A stretch of 63,839 nt of DNA, the filler included, from Octopus bimaculoides (taxonomy: Eukaryota), in assembly GCF_001194135.2 (NCBI RefSeq). It is 5 parts of 5 records of this genome, joined end to end, with 100 filler letters (N's around TTAATTAATTAA, not from the genome) between each part and the next. Parts side by side here need not be neighbours in the genome. Positions count along the whole stretch, not along the records: positions 31,842 to 52,673 come from NC_068986.1; 4 more parts are not named here. One strand, 5' to 3'. The translations under genes were made by a program, and so were the position numbers. The notes beneath the pieces were generated by a model. It was not told the DNA's origin and made no database searches. It worked only from the letters and a program-made list of their open reading frames with translations. The first letter of the stretch is position 1, and each line of letters starts with the position of its first letter. Shown here piece by piece: positions 39,225-51,630 of this stretch.

Positions 39225-39650
39225 GATAGGTGTGGCTATGTCTATGTGGTTAAGACGCGCGCGCTCTTTCCAATAACGTGGTATTTCAAGTTCAGTCGAA
39301 CTGCGTTGTACCTAAGGAATTGTCTTCTAATACAGCCCTGGTCAAACAAATGTAATGTGAGTGAAACTAGTAGACGGATCCTGTGCAGAAAGTCTATGTC
39401 CATAAATATGTGTGCATGCATGTGTGTTTGTGTGTATATGTTTATCACGCCTGTACTAATTGACAACTGATTTTGTTCTCTTTACAGCCGTGGAACTTAA
39501 GAGTTTGATAAAACAAACAACCTGACATATAAGGAAGTAAACTTTAAATAGAATAAGTACAAGTGTCTATCTGTTCTACTAAAAATCGTTCAATAAAGAG
39601 CCCCAGCATGGTCACAACCCAATGACTGAAACAAGTAAAAAATAATGTAC
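39225..39650 (+). mobile_element. Diverged SINE family A
   Basis: Degenerate head and tail CCCCAGCATGGTCACAACCCAATGACTGAAACAAGTAAAA. Confidence 0.6.
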
Positions 39651-40340
39651 TGTAAAATCAATTTTTGCAAATAAATTCCAATGTCAATTTACTGTTTCTG
39701 ATTTGATCGCCAGATATCCTGCTGATTGTATCGATATGACGCACTTTATTGAACTTACACAGAATCAAATTATGACAATAGAGAGAAGAATTTAATAAAG
39801 AAATAGTAAAAATTTCAGACCATATAGAATATAGACAAATGTCTCGTATTGAATAAATAAGAAATGAAATTTGGTCTGCTTTATATCTGATTAAATAATC
39901 ATCTCGTCTGGCAAAAACTGGAGTATGTATGTTAAGATATCGACGCATATAACAAGAAAAATTCCAATCCGAGAAAAACACAATGATTGTATTTTCATCC
40001 TAAAGCATTATTTAAAAATAAAATCCTGTATTCTATCTATTCAGAGAACGATTCGAAGGTATGCATGGAACTTTGGAATACACAAAACACAGAAACTTTA
40101 TATATTATTCATTAACTGCATATAGAATTGTGCAACCTTCGTTTCACACGCGATATTTCTTTGTTGTAGAAATATACTTCTTTTCTTTTACATAAGGTCT
40201 AGAAGTAGATATCTGTTCTTTCTTGTAAAGCCACATGGGCATGTTTTAAACCAGTTAAAAGTTTATTTATTATAATACATGTATTCACCTATATGTTTAT
40301 TTATTATAATACATATACAGGCATACCTTACCCTAGGTCG

Positions 40341-40376
40341 TTAGGGTTAGGGTTAGGGTTAGGGTTAGGGTTAGGG
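40341..40376 (+). repeat. Interstitial telomeric repeat (TTAGGG)6
   Basis: Six perfect units, starting 23 bp inside the Tigger end. Confidence 0.95.
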
Positions 40377-41861
40377 TTCCAGGAGATACGACTTAAGTCA
40401 AATTAACTTGTCTCTATTCTAGGCCATGCATAATAATACATGGTTCATAAAAACCTATTCTAAGCTTAGAAATAAATAATTCTTATTTCTAAATACAGTA
40501 TAGTAAAGAAAAATGTAATCTAAATTTACGAATAGAATTTCGCGGTGTCTACTGTACATCGTGGACGCTTTATTTATGAATGAGGTTTTGCGACGACATA
40601 GTAAATTTTAAAAAAAACTTTTTTTAAGCTTAAAAAACAAATTAAGTAATTGTTATTATTTTGCAATATCAAAACAACTAAATTTACCAGTACGTACATA
40701 CAATTTGGTGGTTTACATTGCGGCTCTAGATGGCTGTGGATCGTCAAAATCAACTGCTGACTCTGGCTGTTCTTGTTGTTCGATGCAGTTAAAAAACCGG
40801 TTGAGAGTTCCTTATACTGTCTTCTTCTTTTCCGCAAGGCTTACATTATAAGGAGTAAAAGCTTCGTGACAAGGACAAGCTCCCATAAACTTGGAAAATC
40901 GTTGAGTATTTGGATCCTTATTTTCGAACATAGAAAAACCGTTTTCGATATATGCAAATGCTTACAGCATTTTCTTAATTGTAAATTCACGTGGCTCATG
41001 TTCGATTTCCGCGTCTTCTTTATTTTGCTGCTCCCGAAGCCCTATCACATCCTCGTTCGTCAGGTTCTGTTTGTCTTTTTCAAATTATTCTGTTAAATTC
41101 TCTTCCTCCAAATCCATTTTCAGTACTTTGCTCGTAGTCAGCAACGTTTTGTTGATGGCAACATTATCAAACCCCTTAAAATCATTCAAGAATTGCTGAC
41201 ATACCTTCTTCCATACACCATTCATATCCGTGCTCTGTATATCATTCCATGCCGCAGCTAAGTTCTGTACAGCCCTGTAGATATCATATATGTTCCAACA
41301 GTCACGAAATGTGATGGCCTCATCAAAATAGTTGTAGCTATTACTTCTCTATAGTAACGCTTGAAGATAGCAATTATCCCTTGATCCATTGGCTCCAGAA
41401 GAGATGTGGTGTTCGGAGGGAGGTATACGGCGGTAACGTTGGGGTCAAAATCTACGATGTGTTGCAGGTGGCCAAGAGCATTTTCTGAGATAAGTAAAAC
41501 CTTAAAAACACCACTTCTACTTACAGAACGTCTGTATTGCTGGGATAAATGATTGAAGAATCAATCTTCAAGAACAATAGCGGTAACTCATGCTTTTGAA
41601 TTAGCCATCCATATAAGAGGGAGAGATGCCTTCGGTATGTTCTACAGGGCACGGGGTTTGTGTGCATGATACATAAGCATTGGCTTTAACTTAAATCTCC
41701 TGTACCGTTACCTCCCAACGTCCTTTTAATCACACGTTCTTTTGAGACATTGTAGCCTGGAATAGTTTTCCCCTCCATGGAAAAAAATGAACGGTCTAGC
41801 AATTTTTTTCCAATACGACTAGTTTCGTCTACGTTAAAACTCTGTTTGAGAAGAAACTCGT

Positions 41862-42102
41862 GACTGAACAATCCACAGACACGTGTACCCCTAACGTATT
41901 TCTTAGGGAGATTCGCCGTGACAAAAAGTGTGACAAGGCTGGCCTTTTGAAATACAGATACAACTCATTTTTGCCAGATGAGGGGACTGGAGCAACGTGA
42001 AATAAAGTGTCTTGCTCAAGGACATAATGCTTCGCCGGGAATCGTACTCACGACCTTACAATGATGAGCCGAATGCCATAACCACAAAGCCATGCATCTT
42101 CA
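41862..42102 (-). mobile_element. SINE inserted in Tigger transposase (family D-like head, family C-like tail)
   Basis: GCAAGACACTTTATTTCACGTTGCTCCAGT joined to GGCCAGCCTTGTCACA...GGGTACACGTGTCTGTGG. Confidence 0.75.
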
Positions 42103-43287
42103 GCCTTTCCATTTCTTCAAAGATTTTGCCTCTTTTCTTATTGATGACAGAGTCCTTCATCCATAGGTATTCAGATTAGATACGTGCTAAAATCTTGTAC
42201 TTATTATGTATAATCATTGATACAGTTCTTCGACGCATCCCAAAACACGGTGCAATTGCTACCACTTTTTCACCTTTTTCATGGCGTTTTATCACAGCCA
42301 TATTATGTTCCAGCGTTACATCATGATGCTTAGCACCTTCCCTTAATAAAGTCACAAATGAATGAGAATGAGAAAGTAGCCGGTAAACAGATGTAAACAA
42401 ATCTGAATTCAAATCAATCGCGGGAATCACGATTGACAATGACGCCTAACGGCAGATATTGGAACTACAGTGCAATAGGAGCTCCGAAAGACCGATAAGA
42501 CAACACAGCTGATTTCATAATCTCGTTCACTAAGCTAAACTATCTTATGTTGTGTATCTTAACATTTACTTTACGTATTTTAATATTATTTTATATGTTT
42601 TATTCTTATTTATTCTGCAGTAACATGAGTTTGTGTGCTTTTAACGGTTTTCTCGTGATTTTACGATTTCAATGTTTGTGGAAGACAGACGTGAAGTCGA
42701 GTAAAATGATTTCACTTGATTTTTATATTCCATATATTATTTTTGAAAACCGGCGTATAATCGAGAACGACTTAAATCGAGACAACTTTAGCCGAGGTAT
42801 GCCTGCATTCACCCTGTGTTTTCACATGACTGTTCTCTGTGGAGATTCACACGAAAATTTCCCTCCGAAGATTTTTTATACAATACTTTATTTTAAATCA
42901 AATATAGATTTAACAGTTTTAATCTGGTCAGCGGTAATCTTCAGGCAGTGGAAAATATTCTTGAAGTGTCATTCACATTGGGTTTGTTATTTGATATCAA
43001 TTCAATCTAATGCAGGTAAGCTCGTGGAAAACCTCTTAAATTACATATATATANNNNNNNNNNNNNNNNNNNNNNNNNNNNNNNNNNNNNNNNNNNNNNN
43101 NNNNNNNNNNNNNNNNNNNNNNNNNNNNNNNNNNNNNNNNNNNNNNNNNNNNNNNNNNNNNNNNNNNNNNNNNNNNNNNNNNNNNNNNNNNNNNNNNNNN
43201 NNNNNNNNNNNNNNNNNNNNNNNNNNNNNNNNNNNNNNNNNNNNNNNNNNNNNNNNNNNNNNNNNNNNNNNNNNNNNNNNNNNNNNN

Positions 43288-43329
<42 letters not shown>

Positions 43330-43789
43330 GCGTTGACCACTAACGTGGACAATCAATGTGCTAGAAATAGATCACATCTTGTGTCTATTAAGACCTAAAT
43401 TTTTCTCAACATGAAATATAGCGTATATATAATCTACTGTTCCGTGATAGAAAATTCAACCAAAAAAGTACTGTATCTAGTGAAACATAAATATTATTTA
43501 TTTAGAGGAAATAATACATGCTTTTAAGCGTTCTTTATATACTGCCTTCTCGGTTTGTTCGCGTTAATTCTATTATTCATTTTTCTTTTTAGTAGCAAAG
43601 GTGTTGAAAGCAGTTGAGAGTTCATACAAAGCAAAAAATATTGTTATAAAAGTAAAACAAGTTGGAAAATGCACAAAAGTATATTTTAGAGAACGTTCAA
43701 TATTTTTGCTACAGTGAGTAATTTTAAAAGATATATGTATGCATATACGTACTTTTATATGTAAATATATAATATATAGAAAGAGACTC

Positions 43790-43831
<42 letters not shown>

Positions 43832-44473
43832 GTGGAGACAACACAGGAATGGACATATTGCATTTATTTTAAAATTTCTTATTTCATTTTCAGATTTGAA
43901 ATAATTAACACCTGTTGCCAATATATCTACAAACAGAATTTGTATATATATATTTGTAATTTTTATAATCCACGATTATACAATATGGCTAATTAACCAT
44001 TTCTCTTCTAATGTCAACTTATTTTATAAATAGAATTGCAGTTTTCTATAATCCCTATAATAGCAAATTTGCTTAGAAATATTCATCTTAGATACAGTCG
44101 AATGTCTGGAACATTTCATAAACTTAATGAGATGCATCTAAATAATATTTATATCGCACAACAGTATTTGTTCATTGTCGCCATGTTGTCATACGTGTGA
44201 ATAATTTTTCTGAAACGAAGAATTATTCCCTAACAAAGAACATGTTAAGAAGTTAGGAGGCTTCGGTAGCCACAGCTAAATCGCTTCTTGTCACTCACAA
44301 CTATGGCAATGACCAAATTCAAGCAATCAGCAAATGAGATGAGCAATATACATGACAGTTACCCAAGCATCGACAACAGGTTTATTTCAAGATCGTCCCT
44401 CTCGATGCTGCTTAGCGTAATTAATATACCCAAGTAGTGAGACTCTATTATAAAAATAGTGGCTATGTGGTAA

Positions 44474-44820
44474 GGCGCAGGAGTGGATGTGCGGTAAGTA
44501 GCTTGCTTACGAACCACATGCTACGGGGTTCAGTCCCACTGGGTGGCACATTGGGCAAGTGTCTTCTACTATAGCCTCGGGCTGACCAATGCCTTGCGAG
44601 TGGATTTGGTAGACGGAAACTGAAAATAAGCCGATCATGTGCATGTATATATATATGTGTGTGTTTGTGTGTCTGTGTTTGTCCCCCCAACATCACATGA
44701 CAACCGATGCTGGTGTGTTTACCTCACCGTAACTTAGCGGGTCGATTTGCTCGACTAAAGGCAGTGCTCCAGCAAGGCCGCAGTCAAATGACTGAAACAA
44801 GTAAAAGAGTAAAAGAGTAC
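44474..44820 (+). mobile_element. SINE family A, full length with short internal (TA)(GT) tract
   Basis: GGCGCAGGAGTGG head through CAAATGACTGAAACAAGTAAAAGAGTAAAAGAGTA tail. Confidence 0.85.
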
Positions 44821-45029
44821 TAAACGACGTATAATAATATCTCAGCTGGATATTAACTCAAAATGTAACCGAGTATAATATAGCTCCGCAAGGCATTTTG
44901 TCCAGCTCCATAATGTCTCTGGAGCAATGACCTCTATAACATGGAAGGGAAATGTTTACCCTATTTACTTGAATATTTATAATTTATAAATGTCAGATAG
45001 TCATCCATTTCAGTTATATGTACAGAAGT

Positions 45030-45157
45030 ACACAACTTGTACTTAATTTATCGACACCGAGACGATGAATGATAAAGTCGACCTCGCTGGAATTTGAACT
45101 CAGAGCGTAGAGACAGGCGAAATACCGCTAAGCAATACGCCCAGCTCGCCGCCTTAG
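45030..45157 (-). mobile_element. SINE family B
   Basis: AAGTCGACCTCG..GGAATTTGAACTCAG...CCAGCTCGCCGCCTT. Confidence 0.8.
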
Positions 45158-46867
45158 CATGAACTATATAATGCAAACATCATACTCCACGTCCCTTCAT
45201 TTACTCAATCCCCTCCCAAATTAGACTAGTGCAGCATTTCGTCAACCGTATTGGAACTAATCTACTGATAATGAAGCATAATATACATCAGCGATTTCGC
45301 TTGCCCATTTGTTAGTAATTTTATCTTAAATGACAATCCTAATTTTCTTCTTATCTCTGACTGAAGATGTTTCACTTCATTTACCATTATCTCGTCTCAT
45401 GAAATGTAAGGTCGCTGCGGAAAATATATACCCTACACCAAATCTTAATATGTTATTTACCTAAATATTAACGTATATATTTGATGTAGGAAATGAACAC
45501 ATAATATTAGGTCTTAGATTGTTTTGATTTGTGAATGTATAAATTTATGAGAAACTGAAGGTACTCTGTGGCTTATAATTAGATGGAATTCCAACGATGT
45601 ATTGCAATTATATGCTACATACACAATGCAGAATTCTATATCGAAAGATCTAGTTAGGGCGTCACGACAAACTAACTGGAATTAAGTTAGCAGTTATTGT
45701 ATTTTCGTTCCAAATTGATTATTTCTGTCTTACTTCCTTCTTAAAGGGAAATAATGGTTATGTAAATTACTCCCTTTTAAAGCAGAAATTATATAATGTA
45801 GAGCGTAATTCATTGTGAATCTAATCAAAATAAAATGTGGTTAACTCATCAAACAACTGGCGAATGTTTCTGTTACTGAGTAACATTGTAAAATCAGCAT
45901 CTAATTGACTATCGAATTCCATGTTATCAGCTTTAGATGGAAGGACTTATTGCACAATGTAATCTACGATATTTGATAAGAAATAGAGGACGATGAGAGA
46001 CATGAAACATTTGCCGAGAAATCAGTTGTATTATAGCTAAACAATCACAAAAACAGTATTTTGTATGGTTACCATTAACGAATATTACTGAGATGAGAGT
46101 ATGCCAAAATAAGTTCTTTCGAAATCACTATAAATATTTGAAGTTGACCAATGTGAATTGAACCAAAACTATAATGCAGTTTTCTGTACTTCTGCAGCCT
46201 AAATATTGTCTTTTTTTGTCCGCGAAGATGTATTTTTATTGAAGTTGTAGAAATAGAATGGTGTGATGAAAGCATTTGGTGTCTTTTTTTTACATTATTT
46301 AGTTTGGAAGCTACAATGGGAATGACCGAATGAATATTGAAAAATCCCAAAACAAAATATTTATTCTCCAAACCCGGGCCAAAATGTGAGATTCTATGAG
46401 GAGATATCTTCTATGATTTGTGCACGTGAAAATTTACTACGGCGGGGAAATTTTAGGGAATATCAAAATAGAAATCATTATGGTGGGACAATGATTCTAC
46501 ATAGGCACAACAAAATCAATACAAGCATACTGCAAAATATAAAGAAATGCTTTTATACCAGCAGTATCGTTAGAATTCTTACCTGTCGTGTTTGAGGAAT
46601 TAACCTTCATGTGTGTAACTTGGATAACCATCTGTTCCTGTTGCTGAGAATCTCAATATTTTAAATTATATATCTTGAAGGTAACCATAGGATGACACAA
46701 AAATTGAGATTATATATAATCCGAATTCCTTATTAATTACCGGGAACAAAATTATGACATAAATCGATGCATTCAACTATTTATTATACATTATTAATAT
46801 CTACGCCCTGACATAATTGTGAATAATTATATTGCCTGGTATATCGTGCATTTAATTTCCACTGTAG

Positions 46868-46935
46868 ACTGTTTGATCTTCTATGGACTAAGCATACTGA
46901 ATAGCGAGAGGACGTCGCTCAGTTTACAGAGTTCG
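46868..46935 (+). CDS. Candidate coding exon, unknown protein
   Basis: Acceptor TTAATTTCCACTGTAG, donor TCG/GTAAGT; one open frame CLIFYGLSILNSERTSLSLQSS ending in phase 0. Confidence 0.35.
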
Positions 46936-47254
46936 GTAAGTTTTATTGCTCAGATGCTTTGCCTTTATTAGCTTGTTTACTGACGGTTCCATTTATGAAT
47001 TTGCTGGTGGAGAAAATCAACTTCCTGCATATTAATTATTCCAGCTAAAATGTCGTTTTTTTTTTCTTACATCAAACCAACAATTAAGCCCGACCTTTCC
47101 ATTCCCCCATGAAAGACAAGAACATAATTGCAAGCAAATTACATTTCACTTAGCAATATGTGTTTCTTGATCTGCGACACCTTAAACACTTTCGCATCAA
47201 ACATCCTGAATTGATTTGCGGAAGTCCTTCTTAGGTTTCGTTGGCAAATATATA

Positions 47255-47483
47255 TTGGGTTATCCGGAAAGTTCGTGCCGATTTATAGTCGCTTACCTTT
47301 CGAATTATTTGCCATGAAACCACCTCAATTCTGGGAAGAAGATATTTTCAAGTTAAAGGAAAGGTGGAGACGCATTGTGCAACAAAATGGTTCATATTTC
47401 GTTTGATTAAAAATGTAATGGCAGGTATTTATTGACCTTTTTGTTTCATTTAAAAATCGTCACGAACTTTCCGGACAACGCAA
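47255..47483 (+). mobile_element. Mini-mariner (internal deletion derivative)
   Basis: TIRs TTGGGTTATCCGGAAAGTTCGTG / CACGAACTTTCCGGACAACGCAA, TA flanks; 47309-47407 encodes the mariner C-terminus FAMKPPQFWEEDIFKLKERWRRIVQQNGSYFV*. Confidence 0.9.
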
Positions 47484-47739
47484 TAGATTGGTTTTTGATG
47501 TTACCGAACAGCCCTCTTTGACACACATTGTAACTATAGTCTGAACATAAGTTGAACCCATCTGCATTCAGGAAGTACTAATAGCAAAGTATAGGAAATG
47601 TATGAGTAAAATATTCAACGCATAACAGCTATGTTACATATTGCTGATCTGAAACTTTTACTTTGCTGAATGCGTCTGTAATATCAACGAATTTCATACA
47701 CAATGCTTTAATTGTTTCTGCCCTTTTATACCATATCAG

Positions 47740-47796
47740 AAGAATGTAGAACACTACAACCATAGTTCATCTGTTACTTCTGCACCGCCACTGAAG
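47740..47796 (+). CDS. Candidate 57-nt coding exon, unknown protein
   Basis: Acceptor TTTCTGCCCTTTTATACCATATCAG, donor AAG/GTAGGT, phase 0-0, KNVEHYNHSSSVTSAPPLK. Confidence 0.35.
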
Positions 47797-48029
47797 GTAG
47801 GTGAAGCTACCCTTATTTTACCACTCACTGCCATGAGCAATAAAATTGCAAGAATCTTCTTATACATAACAGGTAGATAAAAGCTTCTATAGTTCTTTTG
47901 ATGCCTTCATATCATCATTATTAAATATGGGCACAATTATATCGCCATTGCAGTCCAGCACCAAATAAACAGGTTTCTATGATTTCTATGCCATGTGGCA
48001 GAGATATTTAATATATTAATCTCGCTTGG

Positions 48030-48170
48030 CATGCTTTCTATGGTTGGATGTCTTTCTTAACTCCAACCACGTTACAAAGTGTTTGGTGCTTTTGTGTGGG
48101 ACCGCAGGAGCGTTCCTACGGGACACCGACACGACTGCATTGTGTGTATCACGGCACATATACACACACA
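48030..48170 (+). mobile_element. RTE-type 3' tail relic
   Basis: TTCTATGGTTGGATGTCTTTCTTAACTCCAACC resembles the RTE 3' UTR motif (..GGATGCCCTTCCT..CCAACC). Confidence 0.45.
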
Positions 48171-51100
48171 CACACACATTCACAAACGCATGTACACCAC
48201 ACCCTATTCCCTCTGTCAACCTCCCCTCCCCAAATGATGGACTACATACATAAATCTTTATGAGATGACAAGCAAATCCCAGGAAATGGAACAGAGCGTA
48301 AACAAAAGGGCTGACCAATCAAAGGTTACATATGTCTAACGCAGACACACTCACAACCACACAAACAGGCCGGCATACAGGTGTACACACACAACCACAC
48401 GCGCACACACATATACTCTTCGTTTATTTTCACCCTTCGCATGTTTCATCAGCGACGACACATCCACATAATCTTATACATGCATAGATACATACACGCA
48501 AACATAAGACTAATTCTTAGAGACTCAAGGCAGACATGGAAATGTGAAGGTATGTTACTGATGAGGTCGCGATTAGCAACGAAAGGATTCAAACAAACAA
48601 GCGACTGTGTAGCCAACACATTTAACGAACGATTGATTATTAGTTGGTCCGATATTTAATAGATTGACTACCAATGAATACGTGATGCTGGAACTGTGTG
48701 TGTGTGTGTGTTTATTATTGTTGGCGTAATGACTCTCCCAAGTCACAACCAAACTTGTTTCAACACACGAATTCACAGAAAGAATCTTGCAAGGCAAATA
48801 TATATGCGAAATAATTCATGTTAGTTATTTAATTTTCAATTGAACCAAATCCGTAATTGTTGCGACTGTAATGTTGTAGAAAATAAACATTTCTCCTCAA
48901 CAATGGTAAACAAAGGTCACCATTTTCATCTTCTCCGAAGAGACAACGAAGCGAATCTATCTGAAGGGTTGATTTGTCTTAGATATAGAAACTTAATTCA
49001 TAACCACCGGATGCAAATATATTTAATGACTATTAGCAAACATTTACCGATAATGTTATTTTAACGATTCGGTCGAACAATATTCCATTTATAACTAGTG
49101 GTTGCATACAGCTTTCAGATATATTTCTTTCCGAGGGTTCATCAGACTGCTTCATTCTCTGACGAGAAACAGTTGAGATTTGAATCCATCTGAGTATATC
49201 AATTTTATTTTGTCAACACACCGAAAACTAAACAGTTTTACATTTATGATTGCCACGATATCACCTCCCATGCTTGTTTTGTTTTTTTTCTTATTTTTTA
49301 AAACGAAGTTTATCTTCAACCACTTTACCATTACAGTATTATAGAAGATAATGAACGTTGTTTAGGTTATCATTAATTATTTATTAACGAAGTATTTAAA
49401 CACAGTGCTATGTTTACGAAAAGGATTTGGAACAACATTTACATATGTTTACAGAATCCAACTATTTTAACGAACAACTTATTTAAATAAACGAATAATT
49501 TCGATATCTGGTACTTATATAAGCGGGTTATAAAGTACTTAAGTAACATAGAAGATGTAGCTGATATCGTTAAGAATTTCTAATTGTTTATATAAAAGTA
49601 TTAAACTAAGTTTACACTATTGTAAACGTGAGCTCTACGGATTATCAATTATTTACGAGCATGCTTAGTTGATTAAAAATGGAATTAAATTAATTCAAAG
49701 ACTTTAAGTTAATTGAAATCCTAACCAAATTAATTGAAATTTATACCAAATTAATCAAAAGATCAGTTTTAATGAGGCTTGACTTTGTAAGTCTGAAGAC
49801 TGATATTTATTTAGGAGTATGCAAAGATGATTGAAACAATAATTAGATTACTTCCATGTTAAAACCGCATTGAATAATTTAGCATTTTCTAGATGTAATC
49901 TAAGCTACGCCGATGTGTTAATATAAGTCAAGTGAATAGGAAAAACGCTGAGGAATGAACAAAAGATCTTTATAAATATTGTACAAGAGATATATAATCG
50001 TTTCAAGTTTTGGCCCAACACCATCAATGATAAGGGGAGGGGTTAGTCGGCTACTTTTACCCCAGTACACAACTGGTACTTATTTCGTCGACCGCGAAAG
50101 GATGATAGCCAAGGTTGACCTCGGTGACTTTTAAAATCTGAACGTAAGGCTCGAAAACATGCAGTTAAGTATTATGTCCGGAATCGTAACGATTTTGCTA
50201 TTTCATGGCGATATATAATTAGTTAAAATAGGTAGCTAACATTTGTAATTCCTTGAGTCTGCGAAAAGTGACTGTCCAGTAAGTAGAGTAGAATGCAATG
50301 GTTTTGATGGTGGTTTTGAGGCTGTTAAAGGAAGAGATTAGAAAGGGAAATATCTGAATTAACTACGATTCCCAATCTTCGATCTGAAGCCGCCGCAGCA
50401 GTTTCATCATATAACGACTAATGACTCTTATATGGCTCAGTAGGGAATTTCTATGAGAATATATTACTCAGTGTAGATAGATTTGTAAGTCTTGTACCTA
50501 TCGGTTTCATGTATACTATTGTGCGTGAATAATTCTCAATTGAAGACGCTGAAGAATGTCATGTTACAATACAAAAACATATCCGGTGCGGCCGACATTT
50601 GCTTCTAGAAACAAAAGCAGCTCAACACAAAACAGTGTTTTGGAATATGACCTTCATTCAAGTGATGAACATGTCGAAGACCCCGAGATTACATTAACTC
50701 AATGAATTGAACTTGATGGTAATTTTTGCTCTGGCAAATAGACCAGTTGTGTACCCTCTCATGGTTCATATACGAAAGGATTCTGAACAGACACCTCATA
50801 TGAAAAGCATGTCATCTGAAATGTTATGATCCATATTCATTGGCATAAGGATATTTACCGGGAGCACACGATTTTGTACATATCAATCACATTCATTGTT
50901 CTAAGCAATTCTTCCAGACTTGTTTTAGAAATTTTTGACAGAAGATTTGCAGTATTTCGTTGCATTACGAGATTTCTACATAATAAACAACGCGTTTTGT
51001 TTGCCGATGACTTAAGTTAATGAACCTTATACACACTTCTAGCTTCCATTCTTTAATTTAACGCAAGGAAGAGCGGGATGCCTTTTCCCAAATTTTCCCA

Positions 51101-51188
51101 TGGAAAGACCGAGGCCTTCGGTACCGCTTGCAGACGTATATGCTCTATTAACAGTAAACGAGATACCTTCCATAATAGTATTACGTGA

Positions 51189-51630
51189 TTAAGGCGGCGA
51201 GCTGGCAGATACGTTAGAACGCCGGGTGAAATGCATAGTGATATTTCGTATGCCTTTACGTTCTGCGTTCAAATTCAGTCGAGGTCAAATTTTTCTTTCA
51301 TCCTTTCGGGGATAAATTAAGTATCAGTTGTGTACTGGGGTCGATCTAATCGACTGGCACCTTCCCCTAAAATTTCGGGCCTTGTACTTAGAGTAGAAAA
51401 GAATATTTCGTTTAAGGCAGCGAGTTGGCAGAAACGTTAGCACGCCGGGCGAAATTCTTAGCAAGATCTTGTCTGTCTTTACGTTCTGAGATCAAATTCC
51501 GTCGAGGTTGACTTTGCATTTCATCTGTTGGGGTTCGATAAATTAAGTACCAGTTGCGTACTGGTGTCGATCTAATCGACTGGCCCCCTCTCACAAAATT
51601 TCTGGCCTTGTGCCTAGAATAGAAAAGAAC
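51189..51630 (+). mobile_element. Two adjacent full-length SINE family B copies
   Basis: Starts TTAAGGCGGCGAGCTGGCAG (about 51189) and TTAAGGCAGCGAGTTGGCAG (about 51413); both end in TAGA.TAGAAAAGAA. Confidence 0.85.

Larger units (their letters stand above)
40318..42805 (-). mobile_element. Tigger (pogo-family) DNA transposon with pseudogenised transposase
   Basis: TIRs CAGGCATACCT / AGGTATGCCTG; minus-strand VTLEHNMAVIKRHEKGEKVV (CENP-B-type N-terminal HTH), FNVDET, YLPPNTTSLLEPMDQGII; stops and frameshifts. Confidence 0.9.

Noticed and set aside
40530-40559. Lone TIR-like end (CAGTAGACACCGCG on the minus strand) inside the Tigger
   Set aside because: No partner TIR found, so it cannot be called an element.
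42547-43398. 283-aa + strand ORF
   Set aside because: It spans the Tigger end, low-complexity AT-rich sequence and an N gap; no protein-like motifs.
46583-46643. Minus-strand 61-nt exon-like segment with CAG/GTAAG donor
   Set aside because: Isolated, with no compatible partner exon found, and it conflicts with the better-supported + strand candidates.
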